Assembly (NCBI GenBank): GCA_025603075.1
Contig: MU626266.1
Span: 124,001 to 188,000, forward strand
Direction of reading: 5' to 3'
Source: Neoconidiobolus thromboides FSU 785
Taxonomy: Eukaryota; Fungi; Entomophthoromycota
DNA: 64,000 nucleotides
How positions within the stretch are numbered: the stretch's first letter is position 1; every line of letters starts with the position of its first letter. The position numbers were made by a program, and so were the translations under genes. Shown piece after piece: positions 51,357-61,230 of the stretch. The notes beneath the pieces were generated by a model, which did no database searches, was not told the DNA's origin, and worked only from the letters and a program-made list of their open reading frames with translations.

Positions 51357-53352
51357 CTATATCCCAAAAGCATCTAAAAACACCTGTTCCCAAACTTCAA
51401 AAGAATTAAAAGCAGTTTTGGAATTATAACTAAGATGTTTGTCCGCAGGAATCCAGGTAAATTCCAGTGGACGAAGTCTTTTGAATTTAGTAGAATAAAC
51501 CTCACGAGACGTAAAAGGGAATTCAGAGTTTGTCTTAAATGGCTTTGGAACATCTGGGTGATTGGATAAACCTGGTAACTTAACTCCAAATTCGACCAAT
51601 TGGAATAGTGTACGCAATCCACCAGCCATTGATCCTACAGTAGCTTCTTGATACTTAAGCCCTCCAATTGAATAACTTTTCACACCATGTATTTCTTGTA
51701 ACCCATTAGCTAAAAATGCGCATCCTGAATAACACACTGAATTCGATAACATCATTATATCTTCTGTTTTAAATGATTGAGAGTATTATCAAGTAATGGT
51801 TTTAGAGGGTTCTCAGAGCACTTGTATTGGATCAAATTTGTATATTTGCTGTTTTTATTTAGCCCCCGGTTACATATCTTAGGTTCTTTAAAGTAATCTA
51901 TATTATCAATTGGGGATCTGTTTGGTTGCATAATATCTTTTTTAATATCAAAGCCAGCAGAATCAAGAGTTTTAAGCACTTCAAAGAAAACTGGATCATA
52001 ATGAATATCAGCGCTAAATCTATTGATTTGTGCATTAGGAAACAAATAATCTAAAATATCATAGGGACAACATATCTGTCCTCCACCACTGTTACTTAGT
52101 TCTAATACCAATTTACTAGCCTTATTGTTTTTTAAGCTTTGAAATGCTTCGCGGATTTCAATATCTCAAAGTTTTCCATCGTTAGGTGAAAAATCAGGTA
52201 TGATAACAACATCAACTTCACCATGAAGTAAATAGGATTTAATGTATATCCCATCAAAAAGTGGTGATAAAAAAGGATTACCTCCTCTCATTATTTTAAA
52301 ATCAATACTTTGATCTATTTTTAATCCTTTGATATCATTCAAGCCATTAATGTTTAGTTCAAGATCCTCAGGCTGAGATGTTTTCACCATATGGGGATGT
52401 ATTTTTTTGTTTAGGAACTTTGCTGACAGTTTTTCCACTCAAATAGCCCTTAAAAAATGAGAAAAGTGATGAAACTAAAAAAAACATCCTCATATGCTGA
52501 ATATAACAGAAAGATTTCATAAAATTCATAAAAAGATCATAATTTTGTGGTACTAAAACAATATAAGGAACCATAACTCTTTGTTCTTGTTCATCTACTA
52601 TAAAAGTGAAAGTTATGTTTTCTTTCTTTGGGGGATATTTGTTGAAGCAAATGCTCCATGATTTATACCCTAGTTTCCATTTTCTTGTATAACTCTAGCT
52701 GTAGCAGAGTTAATGCATGCATTGACATCTCTAGAGAAGCCAATATATTCTTTGCTATATTCTTGAAGATACTCTAATGGTGTAAGCCATTGATATCTAT
52801 TATTTCTTTTCCAGTATATCTGGCTATCTTTACCCCAACTAACTTCCATGCTTCAATAAGTTCCGTTAAGTACTCAAGTTTCTCAAGCACTTTAACTTTA
52901 ATTTCTCCCCATTGGTTTTCTTCTGTGAATACTGGAAAAGGCTGCTTAAATTCAAACATGGTGGCACAGTTTGATCTATATCTAAGATGATCGTCATATA
53001 AGGAGGTGATAAATTTTGTAATTGAATTGTGATATTCATTTTCAGATTTATATGGCTTTGATACCATCTTAGCCAGTTCTTTTCTGATATTAATATTACT
53101 TGGGATTTTAAATTCAGGAGAGCGTTCAGCTATATCAATGAATATATAAATTGACAAGGCCTTGTTAATAGTGTCATATACTGAATTCTTTGTTTTAGGA
53201 GCCAATTTAATCATATTTAAATATGACATTGTTTCTTGATAACTTACTACAGGCTTTTTAGAAATTATTGCGCAGGGGTCAACATCTTCAACTTCTGTAG
53301 AGTTGATTAAAATGGGTGATAAGAGTAAGTAAGTTAATGGCTTAGTAAACAT
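51357..53352 (-). pseudogene. Secreted fungal S41-family (tail-specific protease-like) peptidase pseudogene
   Basis: Signal peptide plus DPC, LYDDHLRY, FKQPF, KLVLELSNSGGG, EDIMMLSNSVCYSGCA. Lesions: 1-nt deletion ~52780, TAG 52670-52672, MITE-A 52389-52495, TGA 52166-52168, 1-nt deletion ~51775. Confidence 0.85.
52389..52495 (+). mobile_element. MITE-A copy 23, inserted in S41 coding sequence
   Basis: ATAT/ATAT; removing 103 nt rejoins the frame FCYIQHM-VKTSQPE. Confidence 0.95.
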
Positions 53353-53503
53353 TTTGTTTATAAAAAATATCGATTTTCTTATATGCCTATATATATTTAA
53401 AGCCATGCCATGCTATACTTAAATTTGAGCATGAACAATATTAAATAAAGAATACTTTAGATTGAATTTATAAACATTCAGATGCTTAATTCCTAAATCT
53501 AAT

Positions 53504-53610
53504 ATATGGGGATGTATTTTTGTGTTTAAGAATTTTACCAACAAAATTTCCGCTTAAATGGCGCTTAGAAAATGGAAAAAATAATGAAGTCAAAAAAAAC
53601 ACTCTCATAT
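53504..53610 (+). mobile_element. MITE-A copy 24
   Basis: ATAT/ATAT; about 150 bp upstream of the S41 ATG. Confidence 0.93.
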
Positions 53611-54137
53611 TTTGAAAACTAAAAAAACGATTGTATAACCTAGTTTATTATTACACTATCTATTTGTATTTTTGAAATGAATATAAGGCATGGCCAAGTT
53701 TTAAATTAAATAACTCAATAAACTATGCACTATTCCACTACTTTTAGACTCTTTTTTAAATAACAGAAATTTATATTAAATTGAGAGCAATTACTTAACC
53801 TGAGTTTTAAGATAAATGTTGGGACAGACACATTTGCAAAACTAAATTTGTGAGTATTTTTTAGTAAAACCATTTAATATAAACTACATGAAGGTTTTTT
53901 ATATGAGCTATTGCTTCAAAAGCAATCATTTATCAAATCTTATTTTTATAAATTTAAAAATCATAATAAAAATTAAAAGTAAATTTTGCTAAATTCAAAA
54001 TCTATAGAGTTAAGTAATTGTCTTGTCTGTTTCAACATAGTAATCTTCTATAGGCTATTTCCTTAATTTATAAAAATAGCTAACTCTTAGTCCAACTAGC
54101 TATTCTTTAAATATAAACCCACTTTAACAAAATAAAA

Positions 54138-54240
54138 ATATGTGGACATTTTTTTGATTTTATTACTTCCGTTTTTAAGCGCTATTTGGAGTGCAAAGAT
54201 TGTTAGTAAAATTCTTAGGCAAAAAAATACATTCCCATAT
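54138..54240 (-). mobile_element. MITE-A copy 25
   Basis: ATAT/ATAT. Confidence 0.88.
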
Positions 54241-54597
54241 GTATGTATATATATTAATTCTCATCACCTGCTCTACCTAGTCATTAAACTATTCACTATC
54301 GTTTTTTACTGTAACTACTTTTTATAATTTCAAAAGACTATACTATAAAGATAAAAAGGTCACCATAGGTCTAATTGAATAAAATATTAAATTTCATAAC
54401 TATCTATTTAATTATGAATTATCATTTTGCTATATATCCACATTCTTATAAAAATGATTAGTTTTGTGCTTTCTAATTTTAACTTTTTAAACCTTAAATT
54501 TTTTATAAAAATTATTTTCATGTATAAGAATATAAAACATCATTTATTATATACCAACCCTTTCAAGAATGAACAATACTTATATCAATAAACATAT

Positions 54598-54858
54598 GGG
54601 GATGTTTTCACCAACTGTCCTTTTTTTGCTGTTTTTAAATTTAGAATTAGCCAATACACTGTTCAAGCTTAGATGTATGCTAGTCAACTGTTCATTTTAA
54701 AATGAAAGTTAAATTAATCCTCAAATCAAAATGACAGAACAAATAGCTGATCATAAAATTGATCATTTGTCAGTGCACATTCGAACTTAAACAGCTGCAT
54801 TGGTTAATTAGCTCCAAAATTCAAAACAGCAAAAGGGCAATAAGTAAAAAATATTCTT
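54598..54858. mobile_element. MITE-C, ~260-bp foldback element with a MITE-A-type left terminus
   Basis: ATAT|GGGGATG start; long imperfect inverted arms (ttttgctgtttt/aaaacagcaaaa, ctgttcatttt/aaaatgacag); right terminus decayed. Confidence 0.65.
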
Positions 54859-55065
54859 AAGAATAAAATTTATTGCAATTTGGAGTTTTTTTCTTATTTT
54901 AATTCTACTATTTTTATAATTAAAAGCGTTATATTTGAATTTAGTTCAAAAGTTACACTTTTAGACTATTTAAGAAGACTTAAAAATATTGAAGTAGTGA
55001 CAATGACAATGTTAACTTTGTATCCTAAAAATCACAATTTAGAAGAACTTGCAAAAGTAATTCTA

Positions 55066-55138
55066 TGCTCCCTGTGGGGATCGAACCCACGACCTTGAGA
55101 TTATGAGACTCACGCGCTGCCAGCTGCGCCAAAGAAGC
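55066..55138 (-). tRNA. tRNA-Met(CAU), elongator type, intronless
   Basis: GCTTCTTTGGCGCAGCTGGCAGCGCGTGAGTCTCATAATCTCAAGGTCGTGGGTTCGATCCCCACAGGGAGCA: cloverleaf, CAT anticodon, TTCG T-loop, T4 terminator about 10 nt downstream. Confidence 0.95.
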
Positions 55139-55219
55139 TATTCGTTGTTTAACTAAATAGTGAGACTTAATTAAACATCATTGTCTTTTGCTCCAATTGA
55201 TATCATACTAACAATAAAC

Positions 55220-55325
55220 ATATGGGTGTGTATTTTTGACTCCATCACTTTTTCAATTTTTTAAACACTATTTAAGTAGAAAATTTGTTAGTAAAATTCT
55301 TAAATACAAAAATATATCCCCATAT
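55220..55325 (-). mobile_element. MITE-A copy 26
   Basis: ATAT/ATAT. Confidence 0.9.
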
Positions 55326-55506
55326 ATTACACAAATTTGAAAAAAAAATATTAAAAATATTAAAATATCAAAAGAGTTTATAATAATAGTAATTATAATT
55401 AAAGCTTAGTTTAAGAAAGTTCAAACAATATTACTTTATAAAACAAAAACTTGAAAAAAACTAAATGATAATAATTTTTTAGCCACTTTCAATAAAAATA
55501 ACACTT

Positions 55507-55611
55507 ATATAGGGATGTATTTTTGTGTTTAACAATTTTACTAACAATTTTTCCACTTAAATAGTGCTTAAAAAATAGAAAAACTAATGAAACCGAAAAA
55601 CACCCTCGTAT
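55507..55611 (+). mobile_element. MITE-A copy 27
   Basis: ATAT/GTAT. Confidence 0.9.
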
Positions 55612-56352
55612 AATGAATTAATAGAAAAAAATTATAGATAATAATAGAAAATATAAAGTAAAACAATTTATTTTTTAATATATTATATAAAATAATTAAA
55701 ATACAACTATTAATTAAAATTATGTTAAAGTATGATTTAATAGCATTATATAAGCTCCATTTTGATTAGCCTTAGATTTATTATAATGATTTTTTTAGTT
55801 GCCAAAATTTGGAATTATTAAACAACTTTATTATAATGTTAATTTATATTTTAATTTAATAAAATATTTTTTAACTAAAAATATCAAAATTCAAATTCAA
55901 AATTTATTTTCATTTTTATTTTTATTTTTCAATCTTTGTAGTAGAATTTCCTAAAAAAAGAGAGCTGTTTCTGGAAATACTAATGTCTTTTTTAATAAGT
56001 TATTTAGTCTAATAAAGTAGGTTGAATAATAGCATATTGTTTTTGAACTTTATTGTAAAAAATATTTGATAAAATTAGTATCATAATTATGCATTATTTA
56101 TTAAACTATTCAAAACAAAATAATTTATTAAAATGATAGAACCAATTATGGTTACTCTATTTCCATAAGCATACAATTTTTTATTGTTTTTATATAGTTT
56201 TACTTTAAAATAAAACTTAAATTCAGTAGCAAGGATTGAAGTGAGTATATAAAGAGGCTTAACATACTTTAATCAAAACTATCCCTACTGTTTTCATGTT
56301 AATTATGGTTGTGCTTCTTCTATATTTTACTTATTACTATTAACAGTTTAGT

Positions 56353-56458
56353 ATACGGGGACATTTTTATGGTTTCTTTGGTTTCTCTATCTTTTAAGCG
56401 CTATTTGAGTGGAAAGGTTATTAGCAAAATTCCTAAACACAAAAATACATCCCCATAC
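56353..56458 (-). mobile_element. MITE-A copy 28
   Basis: Exact ATAC/ATAC flanks. Confidence 0.9.
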
Positions 56459-56926
56459 TATTATCTGATTTTGCTTTATTAAGTACATTGATCTTATCTG
56501 GTTTTAGTACCAATATTTAATATTTTTGTAAAGGTAGTAGTTACCAAAGAAGGTAAGCTTAAAAACGCTGCGTAATATTGTGTTAACATTATCTAGCTTT
56601 AGGCTGCTTTCAGTGTATTCGAATGCCGGGATATTAGGAGTAAATACAAAGCCCTTATTTAAGGCCTTTTTAGTAGTCTTTGTAATTTAAAACAACCAAG
56701 GCCTTTTTTTATCAGAACCAAAAAAATTTATGGGTATTATTGAACTTAACATATTAATTCATTTACTCAAAGTCTGACTTCAGTGTTAGTATTGATGTTA
56801 AACTAGGCCTAATTTAGAACTAGGATTAGAGATATAATCTTTATCCTAAAAATTTTGCTGTTTTATATTATATTTTATGATCAACTCCTTTTTGAAATTT
56901 TTGAAATATTATACTCGTAGTAAAAG

Positions 56927-57022
56927 ACATGGGGATGTTTTTTGATTTCATTACTTTTTCCATTTTTGAGCCCTACTTGAGTGGAAATTTTTTAGCAAAA
57001 TCCTTAAAATAGATCCACATAC
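56927..57022 (-). mobile_element. MITE-A copy 29
   Basis: Consensus match, small deletion near the right end. Confidence 0.82.
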
Positions 57023-57299
57023 CTGTTATCAAATTTGCTTGTAAAAATAGCAGCGTAAATTAAGACAAATCCTCAAAAGGGGGCCTTGCCGGAACAACTC
57101 TTTTTAATTCTTGTTATACCGAAACATGCAAAACCAAGATGGCTATCATTGATTTTACATTAATTATAGAGTATTGTAATGTGGGATGATCACAAGAAAG
57201 CTCAGAAACAATAGTTTATATGGTGTTATTTACTAATTTAGTGCTAAAGATTCTAATAAAAAGTAATTTAATAAAAGCAATAGCTTAAGTTACCATTTT

Positions 57300-57950
57300 T
57301 AATATAAATAATTTGTGGCATTTAGCATTTATATTTAATAAACAGAGTGCTAAATAAGAAAATGGTGGCTATTATGAATCATGTATATAGCTAGTTTATT
57401 TAGCATATACAATATCATAGACCAAATACAAAATTAGTATTATTGTCTCTTTTAGTAAATAATATAATATTTTTTTGCTTAAATATAATTAATAATGTAT
57501 TGAGTATTTGGCCTAAAATGTTTTATTAAAAGTTTTATCTAGCATAATATTCTGTTTTAAATTTCAACTATGACTAATCACAATGGAGATTGGCAGTGTA
57601 TGTGTGGATTTTTAGCAAAATATTATAATGAAACTAAAATTTGAGCCTTAATTTTGACCAAAAAGTTAGCAATAGAATTAATATTTTTGAGATAGTATTC
57701 TTTAAGCATATTTTATTTAATTTAAAAGCTTGTTGATCGCAAACAAAAGATATTGTAATTTTCGGTTAAAAATCGTGTTTATGGTCGCTGCTTTATAAAA
57801 ATAAGTTTTCTTTTAAAAGTAATTATCTTAATATAGTTAGTATAATTTGATTTACATTACCTTAGTATTCTTAAATTTAAGGTAAATTTACAAAAATCTT
57901 ATTTGATTTTTTGGATTATGATCTCAGTGAGGAGAAAATCTAAGACAATA
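57300..57950 (+). pseudogene. Decayed 7TM (rhodopsin-like GPCR) gene relic
   Basis: RPNTKLVLLSLLVNNIIFFCLNIINNVL and WQCMCGFLAKYY...ALILT..LAIE resemble TM2/TM3; many stops. Confidence 0.35.
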
Positions 57951-59232
57951 TTTAATTTAAGACTGCAAATTTTGTCAATTTTTTGCATTATCACTCTATC
58001 TAGCCAAATTTTTATTTTGAAAACTTAATTGAAACAAAATCCAACTTCAAACTCTTGTATCTAAATTATATTGCTATACAATTTGATTAAAACTAGTTAG
58101 CGGATACTGAATTATGGCGTTTAAAGAAAATAAATTAATCAAGGCTAAAAAGTACAGAAGAAAACTCATTAGTATTATCGGCGCACCCACTAGCAAGTAT
58201 CAAAGCGGTTAAATTTACTACTGTATTGCTCTATTATTTTTGCGATTTATGACCATCTTTAGAAAACCACCTTTTGTTACCACTTTGATATGAATTTTGA
58301 TTAATTGAAACTTATTCATTACATAATATTTAGCTGTGTTTATTTGGTTGCTTATAGGCTAATCTGCTTTTCTTTTATGTGATTTCATTAATCCTTCTAG
58401 ATTTTGTGGTAACCTAATTTTATTTTTTAGTTTATTGGGCAAGTGAACGCAAAAATTGTTATAGCTTGATTTCATATATAAATTATATCTTTTACTTTTA
58501 AGTTTTTCATAATTGGCCAAAACTAAAATTTATTTATATGTATGTTTTTTTATTTAGCATAGTTTTGTCTAATTTATTTTTATATATTTTCATTGAATGG
58601 AATAAACTTAAATTAATAAAAATATTTAACTTTGCTAACATGTTTAAAAACAGAATAAAATGCTTGAATGATTTTTTGCCATATATAGAAAGTATCGAAT
58701 CTTTAAAATAAGCATGAATATCACTAATTGGCATTTAAATAAGCCCTTCCGTTTAACTTTAAAATTTATTAACAATAGATAGTATTACAGTCATTTAAAA
58801 ATATACTAAATTTTGTTTATAATTTATTTTTAGAGAATTTAATTTTACTTTAATAATCGAATAAACTGTCAAATTGAGAATAATTTATTATTGTTTATAT
58901 AACATTATACTATAATTATTATAATAGTAATTATGAAGTACTTAAAGTAGTAATTTATTTTTAACTCTCAAATTTTATCTTAATATGAAATCACCGCTTT
59001 TACTCTTTTAAAAACCGATATTTAACATATCAATTTCTTTCGATATTTAATATAAAACCAATACACATCTTTACAACTTTGAGGCATTCCTTTTTATTAT
59101 TAATAATAGTAAGCCATTTCGATATTTACTTAATATGAACTTGAACCTTAATTTAAAAAACATTTGATTATATTTGGATTGCATAAAACTTCTATTTTTG
59201 GGGTTTTGTTAATAAAGTGCGCAAAAAAATAG

Positions 59233-59240
59233 TATAAATA
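59233..59240 (+). promoter_or_regulatory. TATA box of the orphan ORF
   Basis: TATAAATA about 80 bp upstream of ATG 59321. Confidence 0.45.
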
Positions 59241-59320
59241 GAGTTGAAATGAAATAAGAAAATTTCAATAAGCTATTGTTATTGACATCTGTAATTTAAT
59301 ACTGCTATTTATTTCAAAAA

Positions 59321-59827
59321 ATGGATTACTCAACTACTACTCCTTCATTTTACGCTAACCAGTATGATTCTAATTTATTATGTTCTCCTGAAAGTGAATT
59401 AAGTTATAATAACGATCCAATGATATTTTCTAATGATTATTCAATGAACAATACTAGCTACTACAATAACTTGATAGATTTAAATTCAAACAGATTTATC
59501 TCATATCAGCCTGTAAATTGTTTAATAGCACCAACTTATTCACCTGTTTCATTGTTTTCATCAGAAACAATGAATAACCATATAGAAAGTGATATTAAAA
59601 AACAAAGAAAGGAAATAATAAAACAAAGGATACAAAACAAATATTATAATAAGTATAGATCTTATAATAGCAAACCAAATAACAAACATCAAAGTAATAA
59701 TATATTAAAAAGATGTATTAATAATCATATTGCTATCCCTAATTCTTTGAGTTGTAACATTAAATCGGCTTCAAATATAAACACATTACATTCCTTTCAA
59801 GTTGCTAATCCCTGGCACCCCTATTAA
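59321..59827 (+). CDS. Orphan Asn/Ser/Tyr-rich protein with a basic patch and C-terminal NPWHPY
   Basis: 168-aa uninterrupted ORF in stop-dense DNA, AAAAATG start context, upstream TATA; no family recognised. Confidence 0.55.
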   Translation: MDYSTTTPSFYANQYDSNLLCSPESELSYNNDPMIFSNDYSMNNTSYYNNLIDLNSNRFISYQPVNCLIAPTYSPVSLFSSETMNNHIESDIKKQRKEIIKQRIQNKYYNKYRSYNSKPNNKHQSNNILKRCINNHIAIPNSLSCNIKSASNINTLHSFQVANPWHPY

Positions 59828-60772
59828 GCTAGTTTAAATGATTTTTCAATGTTTGCCTATCTCTATATTGTACTGTTTCTATTTTGGTGTAAATAAATTA
59901 AAACAAAATTTTCAATTAATACCATTTTTTATTCTCAATGATTTAATTATTTGTATATTATTGAGTTTGAATTACCACCCTTAATTTTTATATGAATTAC
60001 AATTTAATTTATTGACATAATTTATCCATTTTTTATTCTTTGAATTTGTTTGATTTTAATTTTGTTAATTTTCTTATATCATACTATTGTTTTAACATTG
60101 ATCAACTTAAATAATATAATAAGAGTATTTTATGGTGTATTATCGTATATTATTTATAATATTGTAGTATTTTATCTATTAATTAGTGATAAAGGAGAAC
60201 AATCTCGACATTTAAATGTAATATAAAATTATAAAATGATAAAAATTATACAAATTATGGGCTATTTTTAACATTAGTCAATTTGTGCAGCTTTTCTTAC
60301 TAAATTTAGATAATACTATTTTCATAAAATTAAATGGTAAAAACAAATCAAACTGTTATTTTTTACAAATATAACAGTGCGGAAAAAGCTTACAGTCAAG
60401 TGGAGAAAATCTCTAAATGTTTATTGATACATCTGATACATTTCTTCCTCTGAAATTCGGGGTTAAGACCTTTAGAGGGGTGATCAAAGGTAAAAGCCCA
60501 TAAGGGCGTGTATTTGCTGTATTGCTATCTTTGCTTGAAATTTTCGGTTGTTAAAGCGATCAAAAAGGCTGCTTTTTAAGCAAGGGACAAAATTGAATAA
60601 AAATAAATTAGTGTTAGGTTTCTAAATCATTTTTTAGTAACTGTACCGATAATCACTAAATAAATCATAAATTTTAGTCTAATTTAATTTGAAATGTAAC
60701 GTTTTAAATTAAGCATCGATGCTATAAAATTGCTTTTTAAAGGCAATGATCGATATGCTAAAATAATTTAAT

Positions 60773-60878
60773 ATCTGGGGCTGTTTTTTTTGGTTTCATT
60801 ATTTTTCCGTTTTTTAAGCGCTATCTGAGTGGAAAATTTGTTAGTAAAATTCTTAAACACAAAAATACATCCTCATCT
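60773..60878 (-). mobile_element. MITE-A copy 30
   Basis: Exact ATCT/ATCT flanks. Confidence 0.92.
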
Positions 60879-61128
60879 ATAAAATTAATCTTTCATAATA
60901 GCATTTTAAAAATAGGGCTTTTAGCGTAATACCGGTATGCTGCTTTATATAGTTAATTATAAATACTTTTTTTTTGCAGGAAGGTTGTTATAGTGGGCTG
61001 TTTATTTTAAACCATTCTTTAAAATAGTTTATTTGGTTTTGATTTAAAAGATAAAATTTGGAGTTCAAAATTGAGGAACTTTTAAACAAAACATTTACTT
61101 TTCCCGAAGTGGACCTTACAAGTTTACT

Positions 61129-61230
61129 ATATGGGGATGTATTTTTATGTTAAGACTTTTACTAACAATTTTTCCGCTCAAATAGTACTTAAGATGGAAA
61201 GCAATGAAGCCAAAAAAAACATCCTCATAT
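61129..61230 (+). mobile_element. MITE-A copy 31
   Basis: ATAT/ATAT. Confidence 0.9.

Noticed and set aside
3618-52990. Antisense or alternate-frame ORFs such as 3618+, 4814+, 13110-, 13545-, 21551-, 22082-, 27060+, 26116-, 35483+, 41430-, 42201-, 49531+, 49559-, 51374-, 52790+
   Set aside because: Shadows of real exons with no recognisable motifs
51357-53352. Stop-codon reassignment or recoding to explain in-frame TAG/TGA; RIP as their cause
   Set aside because: Intact genes here end in TAA, TGA and TAG, and the locus also has frameshifts and a MITE; only one of the two stops fits a CpA context
54880-55098. 72-aa ORF
   Set aside because: Runs antisense into the tRNA-Met gene; no protein features
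7537-61230. MITE-A repeats read as a CRISPR array or REP-like system
   Set aside because: Copies are dispersed, in both orientations, about 100 bp, with TIRs and 4-bp duplications; the DNA is eukaryotic and has no cas genes
7537-61230. MITE-A as a SINE or solo LTR
   Set aside because: No Pol III A/B boxes, no poly-A tail, no TG...CA ends; it has terminal inverted repeats
7537-61230. TA duplication (Tc1/mariner) model for MITE-A
   Set aside because: Cannot explain the exact TAAT/TAAT and ATAC/ATAC flanks
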